The notes beneath the pieces are model-generated. The model worked only from the letters and a program-made list of their open reading frames with translations, did not search any database and had not been told where the DNA came from. The position numbers were made by a program, and so were the translations under genes. From the NCBI GenBank assembly GCA_965113315.1, contig OZ220363.1: 64,000 nt of DNA. One strand, written 5' to 3'. Position 1 is the stretch's first letter. Each line of letters starts with the position of its first letter. Source of the stretch: Podarcis vaucheri. Taxonomy: Eukaryota. This document shows, one piece after another, positions 28,501 through 37,860 of this stretch.

Positions 28501-30821
28501 TAAGCCGCTTCTGGCGAAACCAGAGCAGTGCACAGAAACGCCGTTTACCTTCCCGCCGGAGCGGTACCTATTTATCTACTTGCACTTTGACGTGCTTTCG
28601 AACTGCTAGGTTGGCAGGAGGATACTCACCCCATTGCGGGAATTCGGACCGCCAACCTTCTGATTGGCACGCCCAAGAGGCTTAGTGGTTTAGACCACAG
28701 TACCACCCACGTCCCTAATTAAGTCCTTAATACCGCGTCCCTAATATACTTTTAAGTACTGTACTGTATAGTGTTATGTGTTGATAATTTAGGGGTTGGC
28801 TTCCTTCAATTCCTTGTTACATAAAATAGATTCATTTTACTGGGTGTTTTTGTTGTTGAATTAGGACACACATTTTTAACGTATCCTAAGTTAATGCATT
28901 AAGCTTTGACTGTATGAAATGTTAGTATGTTAAAAAGTAGTCAAAAAGGTTTTCTGGGCTTATCAGATGTTGCCATCTGCTGATAAAAAACTATACTGCA
29001 CCATGCTAACAGAGTGTTACTAGCTTCTCATATTCCATGGCAGCACATCTGTTTGGCCTTCCTTTAGGGACCTCACAGCAGTCACATAAAGTAATGTAAC
29101 CCTATTTGAATATGTAGAACGTTGTATTTCTTTAGACCCTAACTATAGGGTGCTACTCTATTGGGACATGGATGGTGCTGTGGTCCAAACCACAGAGTTT
29201 CTTGGGTCGGTAGTTTGAATCCATGCGATGGAGTGAGCTCCTGTTGCTTTGTCCCAGCTTCTGCCAACTTAGCAGTTCCAAAAGCATACCAGTGCATGTA
29301 GATAAATAGGTACCACTGCCGCAGGAAGGCAAATGGTGTTTCTGTGTGTACTCTGGCACTTGTCATGGTCCTCCAGCGGTTTAGTCATGCTGGCCACATG
29401 ACCCGGAAAGCTGTCTGTGGACAAACACCAGCTCCCTCAGCCTTAAAAGCAGCATGAGTGCTGCACCCCATAGTCACCTTTGACTGGACTTAACCGTCCA
29501 GGGGTTCTTTTTTATAGGGTGCTACCATAAGGTTGAGGGACGCGGGTGGTGCTGTGGTCTAAACCACTGAGCCTTGGGCTTGCCGATCGGAAGGTCGGTG
29601 GTTCGAATCCCTGTGACGGGGTGAGCTCCCATTGTTTGGTCTCAGTTCCTGCCAACCTAGCAGTTCAAAAGCATGTCAAAGTGCAAGTAGATAAATAGGT
29701 AGCGCTCTGGCGGGAAGGTAAACAGTGTTTTCATGCGCTGCTCTGGTTTCGCCAGCAGTGGCTTAGTCATGTTGGCCATATGACCCGGAAAAACCATCTG
29801 CGGACAAACGCTGGCTCCCTTGGCCAGTAAAGTGAGATGAGCGCCGCAACCCCAGAGTTGTTTGCGACTGGACGTAACTGTCAGGGGTCCTTTACCTTTT
29901 TACCATAAGGTTATTTTTGAAGAGAGTTGTGCCAGTCCAAAGAAGTTGCTCTGAAGCCCAGCAAAATTAATAGGTTTTAAGGTAGCTGCAAGCAACTTGT
30001 CCTCTTACTACCAGTACCTCAGCACTGTGAATGCAAATGGCCACTGCACTATGCCTGAGTAGGTAAACTTTAGTATGATCTGGCCTGGATACAGATAACT
30101 ACTGATAGCAATTTTCATGGCTATTGAAGCATTCCCTTCATCTTTTGAAGCCCCATGAATTGTTGTTGAACAGTCCAGTTCACACTAATCTTTACTCGCA
30201 TGATCATGGGTATACTCATGCAGACATTTTATGACTGTTAGTGAATATGAGGGAAATGTGTGGATTCGCCCCTTAAGGTTGGTTCTTCCAACTAATGTAT
30301 TTAGGAGTCAAGGAAATTTAAGTATTTCACATTAAGCTGTCCCATGTTTGTACTACTTGCAAACCATTCTTGTCTGCGCTAAGATGCTTTTTGTTCTGAC
30401 TACAACATTTCTCTTCAGCTTGTTTAAATCATTTGTATTCCTTCCATAGATTTGCTGAATTTTGTAGTTTGCAAAATAATAATAATAATTTGGATGTTGT
30501 TTTCGTTGTAATGATAATTAATGGTTGTGAGTACTGCCGAAAATGTTTTTTTAAAAAAAACAACAATCCAAAACTCATGCAACAACAAAGGGCATTGTTT
30601 ATGCTGCAAATATTTCTACTTCGTAGAATATAATGTGTTTTTTTCTATGAAAGGCCCTGGGAGTATCCAGTCAAAATGACCGATCAACAATAAAGAAGAA
30701 AATTAAAGATATTAAGAAAGCACAAGAGAAGCTGGAGAAACAGAAAGAAAAGTTTCAAAAGAAAGAGAAAGAAGTCCGGAAAACTGGCAGAGTGGTGGCC
30801 ACCGTAGAATCAAGCTGCTAA
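4467..30821 (+). CDS. Neurabin-1-like (PPP1R9A-like) PP1/actin scaffold, 5'-partial, 17 coding exons: PP1-binding tail, PDZ, coiled coil, SAMD14-like region, SAM domain
   Basis: Exons 4467-4599, 5636-5756, 6310-6414, 6553-6673, 8305-8448, 10178-10231, 11837-12066, 13121-13217, 13305-13476, 16018-16169, 16559-16880, 17254-17335, 18831-18902, 19351-19546, 23252-23368, 28097-28285, 30654-30821. All are AG/GT-bounded with compatible phases and join into 2475 nt ending in TAA. The translation has neurabin/spinophilin hallmarks ([70 protein letters not shown]). Symbol left blank because PDK1 linkage suggests a paralog distinct from mammalian PPP1R9A/B. Confidence 0.92.
4950..5524. mobile_element. 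Mariner-type MITE, family B (CCGTATTTTTCGC TIR)
   Basis: TA|CCTTATTTTTCGCCCCATAGG...CCTATAGGGCGAAAAATACGG|TA. Confidence 0.85.
5636..5756 (+). CDS. Neurabin-like exon (PDZ part 1)
   Basis: atag|GTGAC...GGTCG|gtaagt; [40 protein letters not shown]. Confidence 0.95.
6310..6414 (+). CDS. Neurabin-like exon (PDZ part 2)
   Basis: gcag|AATCC...TCAG|gtatgt; [35 protein letters not shown]. Confidence 0.95.
6553..6673 (+). CDS. Neurabin-like exon (PDZ end and linker)
   Basis: gtag|GTTTC...ACAG|gtatca; [26 protein letters not shown]... Confidence 0.92.
7238..7635. mobile_element. Mariner-type MITE related to family B
   Basis: TA|CAGTATTTTTCTGTGTA...TACACAGAAAAATATGG|TA. Confidence 0.75.
7905..8150 (-). 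mobile_element. Degenerate CR1 LINE ORF2 fragment
   Basis: [19 protein letters not shown]...LELLSLEK...MIAVYKIM, a typical CR1 ORF2 C-terminal pattern. Confidence 0.75.
8305..8448 (+). CDS. Neurabin-like exon (acidic linker)
   Basis: tcag|GATGAT...AGAG|gtatga; DDDYDEDED...[11 protein letters not shown]...LKFKE. Confidence 0.9.
10178..10231 (+). CDS. Neurabin-like exon (coiled-coil start)
   Basis: gtag|CTACAG...AAAG|gtacaa; [18 protein letters not shown]. Confidence 0.9.
11649..11738. mobile_element. 90-bp hAT-type mini-MITE
   Basis: TIR CATAGCTGTCAAC/GTTGACAGCTATG; 8-bp TSD TTGCTGCA (11641-48, 11739-46). Confidence 0.85.
11837..12066 (+). CDS. Neurabin-like exon (coiled coil)
   Basis: aaag|TTAAAA...CAAAA|gtgagt; [12 protein letters not shown]...[46 protein letters not shown]. 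Confidence 0.93.
13121..13217 (+). CDS. Neurabin-like exon (coiled coil)
   Basis: ccag|AGAAG...GAAG|gttagg; [32 protein letters not shown]. Confidence 0.9.
13305..13476 (+). CDS. Neurabin-like exon (coiled-coil end)
   Basis: tcag|ATTTCA...TCTG|gtaagt, after an 87-nt intron; [12 protein letters not shown]... Confidence 0.85.
14080..14935. mobile_element. Non-autonomous hAT element with a nested SINE
   Basis: CAGGGGTCAGCAAAC...GTTTGCCGAACCCTG; 8-bp TSD ACCTAGAC (14072-79, 14936-43). Confidence 0.85.
14241..14495 (+). mobile_element. tRNA-derived SINE with L2-like 3' end and (CTT)n tail (Squam3-like)
   Basis: Box A/B head GCCAGTGTGGTGTAGTGG...GGGTTC; (CTT)n tail; near-identical copy at 18006-18261. 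Confidence 0.82.
16018..16169 (+). CDS. Neurabin-like exon (start of SAMD14-homologous region)
   Basis: acag|ATTTT...GCTG|gtacag; [38 protein letters not shown]. Confidence 0.88.
16559..16880 (+). CDS. Neurabin-like exon (Ser/acidic low-complexity)
   Basis: ttag|GATGTG...AAAG|gtaatt; open frame matches ORF 16562-16921; phases fit both neighbours. Confidence 0.82.
17254..17335 (+). CDS. Neurabin-like exon
   Basis: acag|ATGAC...TTTGG|gtacga; [27 protein letters not shown]. Confidence 0.82.
18006..18261 (+). mobile_element. tRNA-derived SINE (Squam3-like)
   Basis: Same family as 14241-14495. Confidence 0.82.
18831..18902 (+). CDS. Neurabin-like exon
   Basis: tcag|GGGCC...GCCG|gtactt; [24 protein letters not shown]. 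Confidence 0.82.
19351..19546 (+). CDS. Neurabin-like exon
   Basis: tcag|GGGCT...CAAG|gtaaat; GSRELLEDS...[15 protein letters not shown] (TCMPFSWF motif recalled from long neurabin-1 isoforms). Confidence 0.88.
21399..22089. mobile_element. Degenerate GC-rich hAT-like element with an internal imperfect duplication
   Basis: 8-bp TSD GGCAGGCA (21391-98, 22090-97); weak CAG...CTG termini. Confidence 0.6.
23252..23368 (+). CDS. Neurabin-like exon
   Basis: gcag|AGTAG...CGAG|gtgagt; [39 protein letters not shown]. Confidence 0.83.
24405..24973. mobile_element. Mariner-type MITE, family B, with an internal ~120-bp tandem duplication
   Basis: TIR (C)CGTATTTTT...AAAAATACGG|TA; homologous to 4950-5524. 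Confidence 0.85.
25371..26758 (-). mobile_element. Internally deleted hAT (Charlie/SPIN-like) transposon retaining the transposase N-terminus
   Basis: TIR CAGGGGTCTGCAACC/GGTTGCCGACCCCTG; TSD ATCTAGAG (25363-70, 26759-66); ORF 25463-25837 KKRK...[11 protein letters not shown]...PVCLIY...[10 protein letters not shown] (BED-like finger with the second Cys mutated). Confidence 0.88.
28097..28285 (+). CDS. Neurabin-like exon (SAM domain)
   Basis: ttag|ACTTCC...GAAG|gtaagc; [49 protein letters not shown]. Confidence 0.94.
28365..28715 (-). mobile_element. Sauria SINE
   Basis: (ACCTTT)-type tail, conserved body GGGTCATGTGGCCAGC...CTTCCCGCCGGAGCGGTACC, tRNA-like head GGGAC. Confidence 0.9.
29162..29512 (+). 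mobile_element. Sauria SINE (older, diverged copy)
   Basis: TSD TATAGGGTGCTAC at 29144-56 and 29513-25. Confidence 0.85.
29535..29900 (+). mobile_element. Sauria SINE
   Basis: TSD TACCATAAGGTT at 29523-34 and 29901-12. Confidence 0.9.
30654..30821 (+). CDS. Neurabin-like terminal coding exon (SAM end, basic coiled tail)
   Basis: aaag|GCCCTG...TGC TAA; [33 protein letters not shown]...VATVESSC*. Confidence 0.92.
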   Translation, partial: ALGVSSQNDRSTIKKKIKDIKKAQEKLEKQKEKFQKKEKEVRKTGRVVATVESSC

Positions 30822-32392
30822 AATTCTTTAAAATATCCTATGCAACTACTTAATCTGGTGTAGTCACAAGGGCTAGTGGAACTATGCCAAGGTAATGTTT
30901 CAATATCTTTATTTTTATCAGACTCCCTTCAGCTTGAAGAAGTGTCACAATTGTATATTACTGTATAATTATGAATGGGGGAGGTGGGAAGTGATAGCTT
31001 TTACAATATAGGTTTTTTAATCTCCCATTTCTACAGCCCTTCCCTGTTTATATGATTCATCAAATGAAATATTTTCCATTTTTTTATATTTAGATCGTTA
31101 ACTTGTACTAATGAACAGTAAATTAACTTTGCATTAAGTAATGTGTATATATGTATTACTTATTCTAGGTCCCTGAAGTGTCTATCAGAAGTATATACAG
31201 TTTTGATGAATAGGATGTGAACATAAATTGCAGTATAATGTTGGGTGGTATCTGGTATAGAGAGACAGTATCAGGTCATTATGTTCTGTTGAAGAGAAGT
31301 TTGTTGCCACTAGTGTTGTATAGAGGAAAAATTAAGTTTAAAAAATAATAGAAAATTAATTTAATCGTATTTTGACTTAATGATGTGTTTAAAATCCTGT
31401 ATTTTCCAGAGTTCATTTTAAATTCAAAATGTATTGTAGTAATATAATTCATGACTTGCATCTTGGCTTTCTTATTTTCTAAAATAAGATAACACTAAGT
31501 TTCTAAGCTGAGTATGTTGAAGCAGGATTTCAAAGTTTATTGATCAATTTTTTACGCTTTTGTATGGACTATGGGGTTTTATAATCCATGTAAGATCAAA
31601 TTGTAATACATGCATTACACTTTCCTACTCAAGATACTGAGGACCAAAAATATATTTTTACTAAACTTTCAATGTTATTGGTCTTCCTAATACCAGAATG
31701 GGAATAGCCGGAGGAGGTATGAATTGAAGCACTGGGTTTCTGCAGTGTGTATAATTACACTGTAGACTACGAAATGTCTTCCTGTTCATGAGTTGCATTT
31801 GTTTTCCAGAATAGTGTCAAACACAATTGCCATGTGCTGTTGGGTAACACATAATCTGTTGTAGGAAAAAATACACTACATTGGAGTGGCACTTTTGAGA
31901 AATGAAATAAATTTCATTCAAAAAAGAACTTGTATTTTGAAATTCTTACTATTATAACTTACATGTGCATGAATTAGTAACATGCTCCCATCTAATGAAA
32001 TGATTATTTTGTAAGAAAACATTGAAAACTGCCAATTGTAAATTAAGACTACAGTAAATGAAATGCACATTTTGAGCATTTTCAAAAAACTTGGATTCAA
32101 GGAACCAAGAATAGGAAGAAATGTGTATTGGTATTATTGCATGAATAAGAGACAGGGTTTTAGTCATCCAGGTTTGACTCAGAGTAGACCTGCTGGAATT
32201 AACCCAAGTTCATCATGTCTTATTTCTGTGGGCTTACTTGGAGTATAACTAACATTGGATACAAGTGGGCTAGAGTATTGAGAACTTGTGCAATGAAAAA
32301 ATGTCTCCAGATTTGGAGTCACTTTGCTCCCAGTGCTGTTTCTATCACGTAACTATGGAAGTGTATACTTGATGTACTGTTTTTAACACTGA

Positions 32393-32480
32393 TTGGGAGC
32401 CGCCCAGAGTGGCTGGGGAAACTCAGCCAGATTGGGGGGGGGGGTATAAATAATAAATTATTATTATGATGATTATGATT
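32393..32480 (+). mobile_element. L2 3' terminal fragment
   Basis: GCCGCCCAGAGTGGCTGGGG...GGTATAAATAATAAA(TTA)n; same family as 3820-4229. Confidence 0.7.
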
Positions 32481-33720
32481 CTGACCGAATTAAGCCTCCC
32501 AGGAGGTTTTTGCTCTAGGAACCTTAGTTTGCTCAGAATTGAGTATACACTTCCAGAGTTAATGCTAAATACATTACTTCTGGTAAATGAACTACCATAA
32601 CCACTAGAGAGCTGTGAAAATTTGTGTCCAGGCTCTTCTACCCATGTACTATCTGAAACCAAAGGAGCATATTGGTTGCTAGATGTGAATTCCCCCCCCC
32701 CCCCAGCTTTCCTACCCCACTACTATGGAAGAGTACCTTTTCCCATTGCATGTAAGGAAGACAGTTGTCAAGGTGAGCCTGTCTGGCAGTCCATAGATGT
32801 AACACACCTGAAGATTATCGCAGCAGAGGATTTGTGGGCCGCTAGATGTTGTCAGACTCTCAACTCTCACCAGCCTCAGCAACCATAACCAATTAGATGA
32901 CTTACATCTGTAACTAAAGTTACAGCCTTAACAAGGGGCGACCCAGTGTTTCCACACTGAAGTGATAATACAAGACAGACACCAGGAGTTATCATGCAAT
33001 TAATCAATGGAGTGCCAGATTTTTTAAAATGCTTAGGATTTATTATTATAAAAATCACAGTAAGCCTCTTTCTTGCAAGCCAAAATTTTCACAGTACAAT
33101 GTTAAAATTCCGAATACAAAATGCCTGGCTGTTGTAATGTTATTCTTCCACCTGCAATAGGAAATTATTTCCAAATCTAGCTCTAGCAAGGGAATACACT
33201 CGGCAACCATTCTGTGTGAGTTTTATTGGCATGCGACTGCCAATGCGAGCACTGTTTTCAGCCCCAGAAGGGAGCGGAATGTGGCGAGCTTATGCACACT
33301 CCACTGACACACGAGATGACCCAGAACGCAACCCCTGTGCAAACGGAGTTGCCTGGAATATAAAGTAGCATTATAAATTATTTTCTCCCGAAATGCTTTA
33401 TTCATAGGAATCAAACCTTAAAATAGCAAATGAACTCATTGTGCCTATGACCGAACAGCGAGTTTGCTACCACAAACAGTTGCTTTGGTTAGTGGTAAAC
33501 CTTCAGTAGATTTTGATTGTTGAACATACTTAAAATAATCATCCAGCTGGGACAATGTGCATGCGTATCCAGATGTGTACATGCAAATTCCCTGGCAGTC
33601 TGGAAGGCAAGCGTGGAAGTGGGCTCAACAAGCATCCATAGTACAGCAGTGCACATGCAGTTCCTCTGACTACTGGATCAGGACTGTAGCCCTGATTACA
33701 ATTCATATTTTACATGAATA

Positions 33721-34077
33721 AAGGTAAAGGTACCCCTGCCCGTACGGGCCAGTCGTGTCCGACTCTAGGGTTGTGCGCCCATCTCACTCAAGAGGCCGGG
33801 GGCCAGCGCTGTCCGGAGACACTTCCGGGTCACGTGGCCAGCGTGACATCGCTGCTCTGGCGAGCCAGAGCCGCACACGGAAACGCCGTTTACCTTCCCG
33901 CTAGTAAGCGGTCCCTATTTATCTACTTGCACCCGGTGGTGCTTTCGAACTGCTAGGTTGGCAGGCACTGGGACCAAACAACAGGAGTGCACCCCGCCGC
34001 GGGGATTCGAACCGCCGACCTTTCGATCGGCAAGTCCTAGGCGCTGAGGCTTTTACCCACAGCGCCACCCGCGTCCC
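33721..34077 (-). mobile_element. Sauria SINE (young, CpG-rich subfamily)
   Basis: TSD ATTTTACATGAATA at 33707-20 and 34080-93. Confidence 0.9.
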
Positions 34078-37000
34078 TCATTTTACATGAATAGAGGATA
34101 CTACCTTCATAAGCGGCAGGCAGGTGCAAATGTGAGTGCTGTTGGTTTTTTATGATGCCAAACCTACTGTACTCTTTGTTTACTAACTCACGGAGCAGAA
34201 ATGTTTTACTTCCAAAGACTGCGATACCTTAAAGCAGTAGCTTGGTATGTCTCTAATTTGAAAACTTCCCTACTAAGCTGCTATTGCTTATAGCCAAGGG
34301 CAGTTTCATTCTGCACAGCACATTCTATGAGCCAATTGACATAATGAATTTCCTAATAAGATGCTCCAAAGTGCAGGTGGGTCTATTTTGCTGTTTCCCC
34401 ACTATCACCAAAAATCTTAACACATCATTTGGCACTGCCATTACTCTGAAAAGGGTTTCATTCCCAAGTAAATATGTTTACAGTCATGGCACTGTACTCT
34501 TTAATCCGGCATCTCTGTTACTCCAAAGTGGCTAAACTGCATTCTTTGATTTCTGCGTGTGCATCTTAATGGAGGATCTTGCCTAGGAGGCATCACATGA
34601 ACATTGCAATTGTGGAGGTGAATTAAACGTTGGCGGCAAAAATTGTCAAGGGAGAGCTAGGAACCAAAGAGAAGGTGAAGAGAGCATTATCTATTTTATG
34701 CCACATTTGCTGGATATAAAGGAATTTAAATGCAACACCAAGTTAGGACCGGAGGTTTATGCAGCAAATAAGAGTTTGTGTCTGTTGAGTAAAAATGTAC
34801 CGTAGCTGCTTTAGATGTCCGGGTGTGTGAGCAACTGTTTTTTCCCCACTGGCAATGCAAGACTATCTGGTTGGTTTATGGCTCCACCAGGTGGTCAAAG
34901 GCAGGATGAACATTTTAAGAAGTAGGCAGTTCCCATAATCCAGTTCACTCCTGCTGTTGGCAAAAGCAGCAATGTCACTTTAAACTTCCATTGGCTTTTG
35001 TCCTCAGGTCAATGTTTCTTGCTTTTGCTACCTTTCCCCCCTTTTTTTCTTGGTCCTACACTGTTTTTCTCTGTCCCGCTCTCTATTGGACTTTAGTTTC
35101 TCATTCCTCAACCCATCACTTTCTCTGCTCCCACTTTACTGTCATGACCTATTTTTTATGCCCTTCTCTCTCTGCTTAATTTTAAAAAAATCCTTCTGTC
35201 TCTGTCTTTCTCGTCCCTCCACCATTCCCTTGCGCACTGACTGTTGAGGAAGGTAGCTGTGTGTGTAGTGGAGCTGCTGAAACATGCTCTTACTTGCACC
35301 ATCAGGGCCTGTTACCTCGGGCACATATGTTGAACACAACCCGATTGCAGCCAAACAGCAGAGCTGCTTCTGAAAGCAGTCCTTCTGCAGCCCCTGGCAG
35401 CTCCTTAGCCTTTCCCTTTCCTTTCTCTGTGTGATCTTTCTCCCAGTACCTTCACGAGATACTGTAAAATTGGTTCCTGTGCTTCGGCTGAAGAAGCGTT
35501 TGGTAAGAGCATCTCTCTCTCTCAAAAAAAAATTCTTTTTCTTTGCTGGAGTGGGGGTCCCAGCCTAGTTGGGGGTAATTTTTGGTACATCCCATCTATA
35601 TAGCTATGTGTTGTCAGTTGGGAAAAAATACCAATTGGTACCTACCTTAAGGGTAGCTTTCATTAGCACCACAAGGCTACTGCACCCTACTTTTAATGAC
35701 TTCAACTTGAATATTCACTCATTCCCATGCAGTAATCTGAATTTTTATTTATATATAGAGACAGACAGACATACACACGTGGAAGTCAGGCCTAGCTGAT
35801 CCTTGTCCTCTCAGTTTCTTGTACTATACTTACATTTTAGGTTCGCTCCTGTGACCTACTTTGGGCTTAGCAAGTCTGCAAACTAGATTGTGGGAGCTCT
35901 TTACTTCCCAAAATGTTTGTTCTACCTTCAACCACCAGTTGGAACTATAACCCAACTCAATAGGCTTTGCCTTGCCAATGGGAAACTACCCTTCAGATAG
36001 ATACCAATTGTGCTTTCTATAACGTATGCACAACTTACTAGATAGCTCCTGTCTTGATTATTCCTTGCAATACTGGCATTACGTTCACGATGGCTGCAAC
36101 TGTTCGTCCGCTTCTTGTTGAGTTTGCAAGTTACCATGACAGTATTAAATACTACCAAATACCCCAGAATTTGGCTGAATTCAGTGAAATTAAATGGCTT
36201 TCATTCTACTACTTGGCAGCTGGCCACATGTTTATAGAAGATAGAGCACAAACAGGAAGTTAAATATGTATAGAAGTATTTAATAGGCTAGAGCAGCAAG
36301 AAACATCAGGAAGTATACCACATTTTTAAAAAGAACTAATACGTTGTTATTGCTCCAGTTTCTTTTCATTCTTAAGAAGCTGAACATATCCAAATGTTTT
36401 AAAAGAAATACTATAATAGTGCAAAGAAACATAGCCATAGCAATTAGATGTCAAAAGTACTATGTGCATAATGTCCAAACTTTCTTAACAACCTGAGGCC
36501 TGTTTCATTTTTGCAAAAATCAGTGCAAGTATCAGTGGCATTAAATTAGGAGGCAGGCTGTGCTTTATTAACAACTTTCATTTACTGAAAAGCAAAATTC
36601 ATCAGAAGTTTAAGCACTTTCAAATACCACTAATTTCAACAGGAGAATTGAGGACTTGCTTAAGCCTCTCCAGCAATTCCATTTTGCCCAGATCATGTTC
36701 AGTGTTTTTGCATTAATTGCAACTGCTGATATAAAAGGGCTGGATCCAGAGATGTCCTGTGCGTGTGGCAAGGCACTCCCCACAAGTCAGCCCCACTGAA
36801 TTCGCCATAATTCCCTATCCCACTATAGCCCCTGTACCCCATCATATGCCATTCCAGACAGTCCTTCAATTCTCAGAACCAACTTTGGTGGTGGCAGGAA
36901 AGTCCCACTACATGAGTGAAGTTCAACTCATCATTTTGGGGATCCAATTCATTATGCCTGAATATTCTGAAGAGAGGCAAATATTCATTCTTGGAACTCC

Positions 37001-37719
37001 ATCTAAAGAATAACATATTTATGCACTACCAGATTTGAGATTTTCATTCAAACTTCCTACAGAGGGTAAAAACACAAGGCACAAGCTAGCCAAATGTAAA
37101 TGTTATCAAGTGCCACTGATTTTAGTGGGAGATATTTAATTATGTACTAAACCTCCAAATTAATATTAATGAAACTCAAGCTGGATCATGTATGAAATTA
37201 AATGCATGTGGTTTGTTAGAAGAACTATGGTGTCTAATATTACAAGGCTCAAACTGTTTGATTCCTAGAAAAAAAGCATGATCATGTTTTATCTAGTATT
37301 TTTCACATTGTAATGCTGTCTGTGCTAGTGCAACTGATTCCCAGATAAGGTTTACAACATTGCAGTTCTTTAATTCAACTAAGTTTTCCATGGAAGTCTC
37401 ATTAGAATGCTTGGCAAGTGAAATTGTACAATACTTGAACAAGCTGTGCACTGACCTTTTTATATAAAATCTAGAACTTGATACACCAGATCTACCTGCT
37501 GAAGCAATTTAAGATGGAATGATTGAAATGAATTTAGCATACTCACTTTTTTAAACGAATGCTGCTCTAGAAAAGTGGTTTTCTGACTCCTGTTTAGTGA
37601 AATTGTGTGCTCCCCATACAAAATATTAGAGCTGTACTGTAGTAAACCAGACTTACACAGTCCTAACATGAACTGTGTACTAAGGCTATCTTCTGCACAC
37701 CACATATTGTCCCATACGG

Positions 37720-37860
37720 CTATATACTGCGGAATGTAGTCATGTCTTTTGGCTCACTACTTGGGACACACCAGTCATCTGCTTCATGATTCGCTGTGTA
37801 ATGTTTCCAAGCTGATTTGTTATATACCGGCAGTCTTTCAACAGATTCTGATGATAAAGC
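37720..37860 (-). CDS. PDK1: PDK1 exon 11 (C-terminal tail with DW motif)
   Basis: ctgcag|GCTTTA...; [46 protein letters not shown]. Confidence 0.95.
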   Translation of the reverse strand, partial: ALSSESVERLPVYNKSAWKHYTANHEADDWCVPSSEPKDMTTFRSI

